Shown piece by piece: positions 53,336-62,247 of a DNA stretch of 64,000 nt. Source of the DNA: Gemmatimonadales bacterium (GTDB lineage: Bacteria; Gemmatimonadota; Gemmatimonadetes; Gemmatimonadales; GWC2-71-9); NCBI GenBank assembly GCA_041613315.1, contig JBFJHJ010000006.1, forward strand, positions 30,439-94,438, given 5' to 3'. Every line of letters starts with the position of its first letter. The stretch's first letter is position 1. The notes under the pieces are model-generated. The model searched no databases. It was not told where the DNA came from and saw only the letters and a list, made by a program, of their open reading frames with translations. A program made the translations under genes and the position numbers.

Positions 53336-54251
53336 GACCTGGATGTGGGTAGGGCAGGGGGTCGTGGCGCTCGCCGTGGCCGCGCTCGTCGGGCTGGCGT
53401 TGCGTGGGCGCTGGGACGAGTTCCGCTCCCTGGAGGTCGGGCTGACGTTTCGGCCGGCCCTGATCGTCGCCGCGGCCGCCACCGTATGGGCGACGTACGC
53501 CCTCCTCATCGAAGCGTGGCGACGGGTGCTGCTCGGATGGGGGCAGCCGCTCGCGTTCCGGCCCGCCGTCCGGATCTGGTGTATCTCGAACCTGGCGCGC
53601 TACGTCCCAGGGAAAGTGTGGAGCATTGCCGGACTCGCGCTCTTGGCTCAGCGCGTTGGTGTGAGCGGCTGGGCGGCCGCGGGATCGGCGGTGGTCATGC
53701 AGGTCGTGGCCGTCGGGACGGGAGCGGCGGTGGCGGCCGTGGCGGCGCCGCGCGCCGTCTCGCCGGCGGGCGTTGTGGTTGCGGTCGGCGCGGCGGCCGC
53801 GGCGCTCCTGTTCTTGGTGTGGCCGCCACTGGCCGGGCGAGTGGGCCGGCTGCTGGGGCCGGACCGACAGGTCGCCCCGTTGCCGGCCGGGACGGCGCTG
53901 GCGGCCGCGGCGGCGACCATCCTGAGCTGGGTTGGCTATGGCGTAGCGTTCTGGTTGCTCGCCCGCGGTATCTTGCCCGGACCACCGCCACCGCTGCTCA
54001 CGGGCGTGGGGATCTTCGCCGCCGGCTATCTGCTAGGTCTCCTCGCACTCTTTGCGCCAGGCGGGGTCGGGGTGCGCGAGGTGGTCCTGGTGGCCCTGCT
54101 CGTTCCGGCGATCGGGAGCGGGCCCGCGCTCGCGCTCAGCGTGGGATCCCGGCTCCTCTTGACGGTGACCGAAGTCGGTGCAGCCTTGGGCGCGCTCGCG
54201 CTGACCGGCGGCGCCACCCTGGAGGATGCGGTTGACGCACGTGGACACTAG
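53328..54251 (+). CDS. Flippase-like (LPG synthase TM / UPF0104-like) membrane protein
   Basis: NLARYVPGKVW, PGGVGVRE, multiple TM helices. Confidence 0.75.
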   Translation: MRKTWMWVGQGVVALAVAALVGLALRGRWDEFRSLEVGLTFRPALIVAAAATVWATYALLIEAWRRVLLGWGQPLAFRPAVRIWCISNLARYVPGKVWSIAGLALLAQRVGVSGWAAAGSAVVMQVVAVGTGAAVAAVAAPRAVSPAGVVVAVGAAAAALLFLVWPPLAGRVGRLLGPDRQVAPLPAGTALAAAAATILSWVGYGVAFWLLARGILPGPPPPLLTGVGIFAAGYLLGLLALFAPGGVGVREVVLVALLVPAIGSGPALALSVGSRLLLTVTEVGAALGALALTGGATLEDAVDARGH

Positions 54252-56613
54252 CGGATCGTTGCGACCGTTTGAGCCGAAGCGACCGATGCTGGCCGCCCTC
54301 GGGCTCCTGACGCTGTGGGTCGCCGTCTTATCCATCCCGTTGTGGGGCGGCGGTTTCCTGGCGGGCCCGTGGAGCGACCAGTACGCGACCGGCTATGCGT
54401 TCCGGCACTGGGGAGCGGAGCAGTGGAAGGCGCTGGGCCACGTCCCGCTGTGGAATCCCGAGATCTTCGGCGGGCTCCCATTCGTGGCCGCGATGCACGG
54501 CGACATCTTCTACCCCACGGCATGGCTGCGGCTGGTGCTGCCCACCGACCTTGCCATGAACCTCGGCTTCCTCGTGCATTACGTGCTGGCCGGGCTGTTT
54601 ACCTACGGTCTCCTGCGCCTGCTCGGCACGTCGTGGACGGCCGCGGTGGTGGCGGGCACGGCCTATCAGCTGTCCGGCGTGGTCGCGTCGTACGTGAGCC
54701 CCGGGCACGACGGCAAACTCTTCGTCACGGCCCTTCTCCCCCTGGCCTTGATCGGGCTCGTGCTCGCCATCCGGCGGCGTCGGCTCGAAGGGTACGGAGT
54801 GCTGGCGCTGGCGGTCGGGCTCGCCCTGCTGTCCCCGCACTACCAGATGGTGTACTACTTGCTGATCGTTGCGGGGATCTTCGCGCTGTACCTGACGTTC
54901 GGCGAGCCCGACCGCCGCTCGGTGACGGCGCGGCTCGGAGATCTCGGCCTCGCCCTCACGGGCGTGGCGCTGGGCTTCGGGATCGCCATGATCCAGGTCC
55001 TCCCGTTTTACGAGTACTTGCCGTTTTCGCCACGAGCGGAGGGATATGGGGGGTTCGAGGCGTCCGCGTCATATGGCATCCCATGGGAACACGTGCCAGA
55101 ATTCGTGCTTGCGGGCTTCGCCGGGGATCGAGAGCGCTACTGGGGCTCCAACTTCCTCAAGCTCCATTCCGAGTACCTCGGCCTCCCTGTGGTGGCGCTC
55201 GGGATCCTTGGTCTTCGCGGTCCGCGCCGCCGGCTCGCACTCTGGCTCGGTGGCGTTGGCCTCCTCTTCCTCCTCGTCGCCCTGAGCGATCGCACGTTTT
55301 TCTACCGAGCGTGGTGGAGCCTCATGCCCTTCGTCAAACAGACGAGAGCACCGGGGATGGCCTTCTACGTCGTGGCGTTCGTGGGGGCACTGCTCGCGGC
55401 GTTCGGCGTCGAGCGGCTCGAGCGCCGAGACGGTCCGAGACACCTGCGGGCCTGGCTCGGAGTGGGGGTGGCCATCGCGCTTCTCGGACTGGTGGGCGCG
55501 TTCGACGGCTTCGCTCGGGCACTGGCGCTGAGCGTCCCGTCGCCGGCCGGCGCTCCCCCGGGGTGGGCCGTCTCGCAAGCGCGGGATGCCGCACCGGCTA
55601 TTCGTGCCGGCGCGGTCGTGAGCGGTCTCGCGCTGCTCGCGGTGGCCGGGGTGGCGCTCGCCTGGGAGCGAGCGAAAGTGCCCATCGCGGTCCTCGCGCT
55701 CGGGGTGCCGCTTCTGGTGGGAGCGGACCTCTGGCGCAACGCCCGGGGGTTCTGGGTCGTCTCCGACGCCCAGGCCGGGCTGTTTCATCGCGATACGGTG
55801 ACGGCGCGACTCCAGGCTACACCGCTGCCGTACCGGGTGCTGAACCTCAACGTCTATCCGGGCTCCGCGCTCATGGCGTCTGGGATTCCGGAATTGCTGG
55901 GCCACCACGGAAACGAGCTCCATCGCTTCGACGAGCTGATGGGCGGCCGCAATCAGTGGACGCACCTGTTCCGGAGCCGCAACCTGTGGGACCTCTATGC
56001 AGTGGAGTATGTGGTGCTACCAGCCGGGGGCGCGGGCGAGGCCGATCTGCCGGGCTACCGCCGGGTGCTCGGCGATGTCCCGACCGCGGCGGGGAGCCGG
56101 GCCGATCTGTTTCAGCGGGAGCGGGCGGCGCGCTACGCCCGCGTCGTGCCAGCCGCGGTCAAAGCGCCGGATGAGCGGGCGATCCCCACGCTGTTGGATC
56201 CGCGTCTGTCGCCCGACCGAATCGTTCTCCTGGATCCCGACGCCCCGATGACGCCGGAGCCGGTGAGCGTCGTGCCGGAACCTCTCGCCGTATCGGCCAC
56301 GTTTCAGGCATGGAGCCCTGGATACATGCGCATCCAGCTGTCGGCGCCGGCGCCGCAGGACGCGTATCTCGTGGTGGGCGAGAACTGGTATCCCGGCTGG
56401 AAGGCGGCGGTGGATGGCCGGCCGGCCACGGTAGTCCGCGGTGACGTCGCGCTGCTGACGGTTCCGCTACCGCGCGGGGCCAGCACGGTGGAGCTGCGGT
56501 TCGAGAGCGCGGCGTACGCCCGCGGAAAAGCGATCACCCTCGCGACCCTGGTGCTCGTCGTGCTCGCCTTGGTCGGGCCGGTTCTCTGGCGTCGGAGAGC
56601 GATCGATGGGTGA
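54226..56613 (+). CDS. YfhO-like GT-C fold membrane glycosyltransferase
   Basis: PLWNPEIFGGLPF, FYP, many TM helices, ENWYPGWKAAVDG; start may be TTG 54232 or GTG 54241. Confidence 0.78.
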   Translation: MRLTHVDTSGSLRPFEPKRPMLAALGLLTLWVAVLSIPLWGGGFLAGPWSDQYATGYAFRHWGAEQWKALGHVPLWNPEIFGGLPFVAAMHGDIFYPTAWLRLVLPTDLAMNLGFLVHYVLAGLFTYGLLRLLGTSWTAAVVAGTAYQLSGVVASYVSPGHDGKLFVTALLPLALIGLVLAIRRRRLEGYGVLALAVGLALLSPHYQMVYYLLIVAGIFALYLTFGEPDRRSVTARLGDLGLALTGVALGFGIAMIQVLPFYEYLPFSPRAEGYGGFEASASYGIPWEHVPEFVLAGFAGDRERYWGSNFLKLHSEYLGLPVVALGILGLRGPRRRLALWLGGVGLLFLLVALSDRTFFYRAWWSLMPFVKQTRAPGMAFYVVAFVGALLAAFGVERLERRDGPRHLRAWLGVGVAIALLGLVGAFDGFARALALSVPSPAGAPPGWAVSQARDAAPAIRAGAVVSGLALLAVAGVALAWERAKVPIAVLALGVPLLVGADLWRNARGFWVVSDAQAGLFHRDTVTARLQATPLPYRVLNLNVYPGSALMASGIPELLGHHGNELHRFDELMGGRNQWTHLFRSRNLWDLYAVEYVVLPAGGAGEADLPGYRRVLGDVPTAAGSRADLFQRERAARYARVVPAAVKAPDERAIPTLLDPRLSPDRIVLLDPDAPMTPEPVSVVPEPLAVSATFQAWSPGYMRIQLSAPAPQDAYLVVGENWYPGWKAAVDGRPATVVRGDVALLTVPLPRGASTVELRFESAAYARGKAITLATLVLVVLALVGPVLWRRRAIDG

Positions 56614-57328
56614 GCGCGCGCTCGTCATCATCCCGACCTACAATGAGGCACAGAATCTCCCACGCATCGCGCCCGAGGTGCTGGTGCAGGATGCGTGTCT
56701 CGAGGTGCTGGTGGTGGACGATAACTCGCCCGACGGCACGGGGCAGGTGGCGGACGAGCTCGCCGCGCTGCATCCGCGAATCCACGTCCTCCACCGCGAG
56801 GCCAAGGCGGGCTTGGGGACGGCGTATCGCGCCGGGTTCCGCTGGGCGCTCGAGCGGGACTACGCGTACATCTTCGAGATGGACGCGGATTTTTCCCACG
56901 ACCCACGCCACCTGCCGGAATTCCTTGCCGCCGTGCGGGACGCCGACCTGGTGCTGGGATCTCGTTACCTGGACGGTCGCGTGACGGTCGTTAACTGGCC
57001 GATGAGCCGCTTGCTTCTCAGTTGGTTCGCCAATCTGTATGCGCGAGTGGTGACCGGTCTCAAGGTGTGCGACGCCACCGGCGGCTTCAAGTGCTTTCGG
57101 CGGCGGGTGCTCGAGACCATTGAACTCGATGCCGTTCGGTCGAACGGCTATAGCTTCCAGATCGAGATGAGCTTCCGGGCCTGGCGGAAGGGCTTCCGCA
57201 TCCGGGAGATTCCCATTGTGTTCCACGACCGGACCGACGGGGCGAGCAAGATGTCGGGCGCGATCGTGCGGGAGGCGGTCTGGATGGTCTGGCGGCTGCG
57301 GCTGCAGGCACTCCTAAGACGTCTCTGA
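56606..57328 (+). CDS. Polyprenol monophosphomannose synthase-like GT2
   Basis: IIPTYNE, VDDNSPDGTG, EMDADFSHDP, GYSFQIE. Confidence 0.9.
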   Translation: MGERALVIIPTYNEAQNLPRIAPEVLVQDACLEVLVVDDNSPDGTGQVADELAALHPRIHVLHREAKAGLGTAYRAGFRWALERDYAYIFEMDADFSHDPRHLPEFLAAVRDADLVLGSRYLDGRVTVVNWPMSRLLLSWFANLYARVVTGLKVCDATGGFKCFRRRVLETIELDAVRSNGYSFQIEMSFRAWRKGFRIREIPIVFHDRTDGASKMSGAIVREAVWMVWRLRLQALLRRL

Positions 57329-57344
57329 GCGAGGCGAACGCGCG

Positions 57345-58166
57345 GTGGCGGGCGAGATCATCTACAAGATGACGGGGTCGGGGAACGACTTCGTCGTTCT
57401 CGACGGCCGCACGAGTGTGCCTACGCGCTGGTCGCCGGACCGGATCCGGGCGGTCTGCGCCCGCGGGACGGGGGTCGGCGCGGACGGGCTGGTTGTCCTC
57501 GTGCCCGGCTCGGGTCCCGGCCGTGTTCGCTTCAACTTCTTCAACAACGACGGCAGCCGCGCCGCGATGTGCGGCAACGCGGCGCTGTGCGCCGCCCGCA
57601 TGGCCGCCTGGCTCGAACTGGCTCCCGGCGAGGGCTTGGTGCTCGAAACGGATGCGGGTCCGGTCGAGGCCCGCTGCCTTCCCGGACCGGGCGAGCGCGC
57701 CGAGTTGCGCTTGCCGCACACGTCCCAGATCTCCTCGCCCGACATTGCCCTCAGTGCCGGCGAGCGCGCGATCCGTCTGGCGACCGTCGGCGTGCCCCAT
57801 CTTGTGGTTCACGTGGACGATCTCGCTGCGGTTCCGCTGCTCGAGCGGGGCAGGGCACTCCGGGCCCATCCGGCGATCGGCCCGGCCGGGGCCAATGTGA
57901 ACTTCGTCGCGAACGGATCAGCCGGCTGGGCGATGCGGACCTACGAGCGGGGAGTCGAGGCCGAGACCCTGGCGTGCGGGACAGGGGCGGTGGCCTGCGC
58001 CGCCGCGTTGGCCGCCGGGGGCGAGGTCGAGTTGCCCTGGGAGGTCCACACCAGCTCCGGCACGGTGTTGTCCGTTTCCGGTACGCCCGAGCGATCGGGC
58101 CGGATCGCCGTTCCCCGGCTGGCCGGGGAAGGGCGGCTGGTCTTCCGCGCGGTCCTCGAGATCTGA
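57345..58166 (+). CDS. dapF: Diaminopimelate epimerase
   Basis: GSGNDF, MCGN, ERGVE.ETLACGTG. Confidence 0.95.
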   Translation: MAGEIIYKMTGSGNDFVVLDGRTSVPTRWSPDRIRAVCARGTGVGADGLVVLVPGSGPGRVRFNFFNNDGSRAAMCGNAALCAARMAAWLELAPGEGLVLETDAGPVEARCLPGPGERAELRLPHTSQISSPDIALSAGERAIRLATVGVPHLVVHVDDLAAVPLLERGRALRAHPAIGPAGANVNFVANGSAGWAMRTYERGVEAETLACGTGAVACAAALAAGGEVELPWEVHTSSGTVLSVSGTPERSGRIAVPRLAGEGRLVFRAVLEI

Positions 58167-58236
58167 TCCTGCCGGTCTAGCAGACGCCGAAGCGATCTCT
58201 GCCGAATCATGAGGGTTGCGGTTCTGTCAGAAGGGC

Positions 58237-58256
58237 CGTCCCACAAGTTGTCCACA
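58237..58256 (+). promoter_or_regulatory. DnaA-box-like site(s) adjacent to dif
   Basis: TTGTCCACA 58248-56, preceded by weaker CGTCCCACA 58237-45. Confidence 0.45.
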
Positions 58257-58271
58257 CAGGGTCACCGCTGA

Positions 58272-58299
58272 ACTTAACATAACATATCTTATACGTAGT
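58272..58299 (-). other. dif: dif chromosome dimer resolution site (XerC/XerD)
   Basis: minus strand ACTACGTATAA-GATATG-TTATGTTAAGT vs E. coli GGTGCGCATAA-TGTATA-TTATGTTAAAT; intergenic, at the gene-orientation switch. Confidence 0.92.
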
Positions 58300-58315
58300 T
58301 AGATGGTGTGAGGGC

Positions 58316-58349
58316 AAAACGGGCGGAAAACCGTGAGTTTCCCGCCCGT
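58316..58349 (-). terminator. Intrinsic terminator for the minus-strand gene block
   Basis: minus strand ACGGGCGGGAAAC-TCACG-GTTTTCCGCCCGT-TTT; second hairpin at 58354-58383. Confidence 0.6.
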
Positions 58350-58430
58350 GACCGCCTTCTGCGCGCCCCGCGGCCCAGAAGGCCGGCCCCCCCCTCGACC
58401 GTCGTGTCCGCCCTCCCCGACCCCCCGACT

Positions 58431-59111
58431 TTAGGAACCGGCGGAGGCTCGCGGCCTGAGCTCGCTCAACCGAATGCGTGCCTCCACCGCACTCGGCGTC
58501 TCCCCGAAATCGTTGAGCAGCCGCTCGTATGCCCGCGCCGCGCCCGCCGTGTCCCCGGCTGCCGTCAACGCCCGTCCAGCGTCGTTCAGGTAGCGGGCCT
58601 TGAGATGGGCGTACCACGAGGCCTCCACCGCCTGCCGATACGCCTCGGCGGCACCTCGGGCGTCCCCCGTGTCCTCCAGCGCCGCCCCGAGCAGCGCGTA
58701 CGCGGGTGCCCGGAATTGATCCCCAAGCCCCTTGGCGATCCCGGCGCGGAGCTCCGCGGCAGCGATGGCCGGTTGCCCCTGTGTCATGCGTACACGCGCC
58801 AACAGCATCACGGCTTCATCCGCGGCGCCGGCGCCACCATAGGTCGAGATCAACCTCGAGAGATCGCTGGAGGCAAGCGGCAGGTTGCCTGCCTGAAGCG
58901 ATGCGCGTGCTTGATCGAGCGCGCGCATCGCCGCCACCTCTCGCCGCTCCCGGTATTCGACGTAGAACCACACCGCGCCCGCTGCGGCCGCGAGCGCGAT
59001 CGCGGCCACGATCACCGTGCGCTGATGCTGCTCGATCCATTCGAGCAGGCGCTTGCCGGCGTCCTGCTGCGGTCGTTCCACTGCCTTGGTCGGCACGGCC
59101 TTAGTTGCCAC
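58431..59111 (-). CDS. Membrane-anchored TPR protein (YfgM-like)
   Basis: W..QH..TM helix followed by TPR-like helical repeats. Confidence 0.75.
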   Translation of the reverse strand: MATKAVPTKAVERPQQDAGKRLLEWIEQHQRTVIVAAIALAAAAGAVWFYVEYRERREVAAMRALDQARASLQAGNLPLASSDLSRLISTYGGAGAADEAVMLLARVRMTQGQPAIAAAELRAGIAKGLGDQFRAPAYALLGAALEDTGDARGAAEAYRQAVEASWYAHLKARYLNDAGRALTAAGDTAGAARAYERLLNDFGETPSAVEARIRLSELRPRASAGS

Positions 59112-59171
59112 GATCCCTCAGTGTGAGCATGTGGATCAGACAAACGCACCCCCCGTCACCTCACCACCCGA

Positions 59172-59245
59172 TGCCCCTGGGGTGACTCGAACACCCGGCC
59201 AACGGTTTAGGAAACCGCTGCTCTATCCATCTGAGCTACAGGGGC
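59172..59245 (-). tRNA. tRNA-Arg (anticodon CCT), CCA not encoded
   Basis: GCCCCTG acceptor stem, D-arm AGCTCAGATGGATAGAGC, loop TTCCTAA, T-arm GTTCGAGTC. Confidence 0.96.
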
Positions 59246-59257
59246 GCTGACCGGCGA

Positions 59258-59287
59258 AAGCTAACCAGGTTCCGGACCGAGCGGCAA
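59258..59287 (-). promoter_or_regulatory. sigma70-type promoter of tRNA-Arg
   Basis: minus strand TTGCCG, 18 nt, TAGCTT. Confidence 0.55.
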
Positions 59288-59294
59288 ACCGCTG

Positions 59295-59834
59295 TCACGG
59301 TCGCGGATACGTGAGGACGCTCCACAGTTCGGTGCCGGCCAGCTTGGCGCGCCCGTTCAGGTCGACGAGTTCGATAAGCACGCTCACTCCCGCGACCTCG
59401 GCATTCGCATCTTGCACTGCTCGCACGGCGGCCTCCGCCGTGCCGCCGGTCGCGATGAGGTCATCGACCACGAGGACGCGGTCGCCAGCCGCGATCGCAT
59501 CCAGGTGCACCTCGATCGCGTCGGTGCCGTATTCCAGCGCGTACTCGACGCGCCGGGTCTCCGACGGCAGCTTCCCCACCTTCCGCGCCAGGACCAAGCC
59601 GGCCCGGAGCTCGATGCCGATCGGTCCGCCCAAAATGAACCCCCGGGACTCGATCGCCAGGATCTTGTCGACACCGCCATCGCGAACGGGAGCGGCCATC
59701 CGGTCCACCGCTTGGCGGAACAGCGCCGGATCGAGCAGTAACGGTGTGATGTCCCGGAACAGGATTCCAGGCTTGGGAAAGTCCGGCACGTCCCGGATGG
59801 CACGGTACAAACGGCCTAAGATGTTTTCAGACAC
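59295..59834 (-). CDS. apt: Adenine phosphoribosyltransferase
   Basis: DFPKPGILFRD, ESRGF, LEYG, VDDLIATGGT; GTG 59834 has GGAG RBS (ATG 59849 alternative). Confidence 0.96.
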   Translation of the reverse strand: MSENILGRLYRAIRDVPDFPKPGILFRDITPLLLDPALFRQAVDRMAAPVRDGGVDKILAIESRGFILGGPIGIELRAGLVLARKVGKLPSETRRVEYALEYGTDAIEVHLDAIAAGDRVLVVDDLIATGGTAEAAVRAVQDANAEVAGVSVLIELVDLNGRAKLAGTELWSVLTYPRP

Positions 59835-59851
59835 GATCGGTGTCTCCATAT

Positions 59852-60136
59852 CTACTTGATATCAAAAGAGTTAGGTAGTGTGTCCTCAGGTGAAACATCC
59901 GATGACTTATCCACACTTTCCACACGCGCCGCCAGGGGACCGCGCCTAATGGCCTGCTCCAGCTGATCCAGGGCGCGTGGGCTGCCTGCCGCCACGACCT
60001 CGACGCGCCCATCTGGCAGGTTTCTTGCCCAGCCCGACAGTCCCAGGCGCTCGGCCACACGGAGCGTGAACCAGCGGAATCCGACCCCCTGGACGCGGCC
60101 GGCCACGACCCAACGAGCCGCGTCGCGTCCGCTCAC
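59852..60136 (-). CDS. acyP: Acylphosphatase
   Basis: GRVQGVGFR, GWARNLPDGRVE. Confidence 0.95.
   Translation of the reverse strand: MSGRDAARWVVAGRVQGVGFRWFTLRVAERLGLSGWARNLPDGRVEVVAAGSPRALDQLEQAIRRGPLAARVESVDKSSDVSPEDTLPNSFDIK
59907..59924 (+). promoter_or_regulatory. Tandem DnaA boxes inside acyP
   Basis: TTATCCACA (perfect) + CTTTCCACA, beside an AT-rich patch. Confidence 0.55.
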
Positions 60137-60846
60137 GGCTGGTCGCTCCGGTCCCCGGCCAGCCCGCCTCCTCGGTTTTCAGGGTGCCCCTGGCCCGCCC
60201 GCACTGCCGCCGCCCGTTTCCGGCGGTACCACAGCACGTAGCCCAGCACGACGAGCGCCACGACCGGTACGAGGGCCAGCGTGGCGGTCCCCGTGTAGCG
60301 GCGGACCTCGTCGCTTCGGATGAGCGCGTCCAGCTCGGTGATCACGCTGGCGTTCCGTCCCACGACCCAGCCGAGATACGTCAGAATTGCGCACCAGATC
60401 CCCGCGCCGGCGGCGGTATAGAGCGCGAACCGGTCGACGCGCATGCGGGCGAGCCCGGCCGGGAGGGAGATCAGCTGGCGGATCACCGGGATCAAGCGAC
60501 CTACGAAGGTGCTCACCTCGCCGTGGCGGCGGAAAAAGGCCTCGGCGCGATCGAGCGAGGCTTCGCGGACCAGCACGTACCGAGAGAAGCGGTGGAGCAG
60601 CGGACGGCCCAGTCGGACCGCGAGCACGTAGTTGAAGCCGGCGCCGAGCAGGCTGCCGGCGAGCCCCGCGGCGAACGCGACCCACGCGCTCATCCGCCCT
60701 TGAGCGGCCAGGTACCCCGCAGGCGGCAGCACGACCTCGCTGGGGAACGGGAAGAACGACGACTCCAGTGCCATCAAGAGCATGATGCCCGGATAGCCCA
60801 GCCGGAAGATGGTCTCGGTGATCCAGGTGACGAGCGTTTCGAACAC
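60133..60846 (-). CDS. DedA family membrane protein
   Basis: LESSFFPFPSEVV, GRLIPVIRQLISLPAG. Confidence 0.9.
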   Translation of the reverse strand: MFETLVTWITETIFRLGYPGIMLLMALESSFFPFPSEVVLPPAGYLAAQGRMSAWVAFAAGLAGSLLGAGFNYVLAVRLGRPLLHRFSRYVLVREASLDRAEAFFRRHGEVSTFVGRLIPVIRQLISLPAGLARMRVDRFALYTAAGAGIWCAILTYLGWVVGRNASVITELDALIRSDEVRRYTGTATLALVPVVALVVLGYVLWYRRKRAAAVRAGQGHPENRGGGLAGDRSDQP

Positions 60847-60850
60847 GCGG

Positions 60851-61516
60851 TCAGGGTCCGTCGGGAAAGCCGTGGCGGCCGATGAGCGGCACGAATTGGA
60901 CGCCGCCCAGGGACTCGACCGACACCCCGTCGCCGTGTCGGGCGAAGCGCCGCAGCTCCTGTCGGTCGCCCTCCTGAATGGGCGCCACCAGCCGGCCACC
61001 GTCCGCCAGCTGCTGCAGCAAGGGGGCCGGCACCTCCGGTGTCGCCGCGCTGACCAGGATCGCGTCGTAGGGCGCTTGCGGGTGCCAGCCGATCGAGCCG
61101 TCGCCCACCACGACGGCGACGTCGCGGGCGCGCGCGGCCGCCAGGGCGGCCTGGGCCCGGGCGGCGAGCTCGGGCAGGCGTTCGATGCTGATGACGAATG
61201 CGGCGAGGTGCGAGAGGAGCGCCGCCTGATAGCCGGAGCCGGTGCCGATCTCGAGCACCCGTTCCCTGCCCTGGAGTCCCAGGGCCTGGAGGTAGCGCGC
61301 TTGCGTGCTGGGCTGGGAGATCGTCTGGCCGCCGCCGATCGGGAGCGCGACATCGTCGTACGCCCGATGGCGCAGCGCCGCGGGCACGAACAGGTGGCGG
61401 GGCGTCTCGGCGAACGCCCGGAGCACCGCGATGTCGTCGATCCCGTTGCGCCGGAGGGCGTCGAGAAGCCGTGCTCGGAACCCTCCGTAGGTGTCCGCTA
61501 GCGGCCCAGTTGCCAT
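60851..61516 (-). CDS. pcm: Protein-L-isoaspartate O-methyltransferase
   Basis: PRHLFV, GQTISQP, LEIGTGSGYQAA, FVPL. Confidence 0.95.
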   Translation of the reverse strand: MATGPLADTYGGFRARLLDALRRNGIDDIAVLRAFAETPRHLFVPAALRHRAYDDVALPIGGGQTISQPSTQARYLQALGLQGRERVLEIGTGSGYQAALLSHLAAFVISIERLPELAARAQAALAAARARDVAVVVGDGSIGWHPQAPYDAILVSAATPEVPAPLLQQLADGGRLVAPIQEGDRQELRRFARHGDGVSVESLGGVQFVPLIGRHGFPDGP

Positions 61517-62247
61517 GCCCGTACGTCTTCGAGGAGTGCGTAGTTGGTGAGGTCCACGTGGAGCGGGGTGACCGAAATGTAGCCGTCCCGGACAGCGCGG
61601 AAGTCGGAGTCCTCGCGGCCCGACCACGACGTCTGTCCGCCCCCGATCCAGAACACGGTGCGTCCCCACGGGTCATTCGTCTGCACCAGCGACTCCGAAT
61701 ACACCCGCTTGCCCAGCGTCGTCACTCGGATGCCCTTGATCGCATCGCCGGGCATCGGGGGCAGGTTCACGTTGAGGAGGGTCTCGGCCGGAAAGGTCTC
61801 GACGCCCACGATGTCGCGCACCAGCCGTTCGAGCCACGTGCGCTGCGTCTCGAGCAGATCGACCTCGCCGCCGGCGAAGGACACCGCGACGCCGGGGATG
61901 CCCAACGACAGGCCCTCCATCGCGGCGGCCACGGTGCCCGAGTAGAGCACGTCCTCGCCCATGTTGGGGCCGTGGTTGATCCCGGAGAACACGAAGTCGG
62001 GCTTGTCCGGGAGCAGCGCGCCCAGCGCCAAGAGCACGCAATCGGTCGGCGTGCCGTCCACCTGGAGGGCGCCGTCCGGCCGCCGCGTCGGCCGGAGCGG
62101 CCGGTGGAGCGTCAGGGAGTGGCTGGCACCGCTCTGCTCCCGATCGGGCGCCACGACGGTGACGCGCCCCACCGATCGGCAGACGTCGGCCAGCACACCC
62201 AGCCCGTGCGCCAGGATGCCGTCGTCGTTACTGATCAGGATGTTCAA
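61498..62247 (-). CDS. surE: 5'/3'-nucleotidase SurE
   Basis: SNDDG, GTPTDC, SGINHG, YSGTVAAA. Confidence 0.96.
   Translation of the reverse strand: MNILISNDDGILAHGLGVLADVCRSVGRVTVVAPDREQSGASHSLTLHRPLRPTRRPDGALQVDGTPTDCVLLALGALLPDKPDFVFSGINHGPNMGEDVLYSGTVAAAMEGLSLGIPGVAVSFAGGEVDLLETQRTWLERLVRDIVGVETFPAETLLNVNLPPMPGDAIKGIRVTTLGKRVYSESLVQTNDPWGRTVFWIGGGQTSWSGREDSDFRAVRDGYISVTPLHVDLTNYALLEDVRAWQLGR

Noticed and set aside
58167..58430. Canonical oriC
   Set aside because: Genes converge here, the AT-rich core is dif, there are no clear DnaA-trios and no dnaA/dnaN nearby; the boxes are reported separately
59172..59245. tRNA-Arg as an island insertion site
   Set aside because: No duplicated tRNA 3' end or integrase nearby; flanks are core genes
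59856..59865. FNR box
   Set aside because: TTGAT and ATCAA have no 4-nt spacer
59882..59897. Full parS site
   Set aside because: Only one half-site matches (11/16 to TGTTTCACGTGAAACA); kept only as a note
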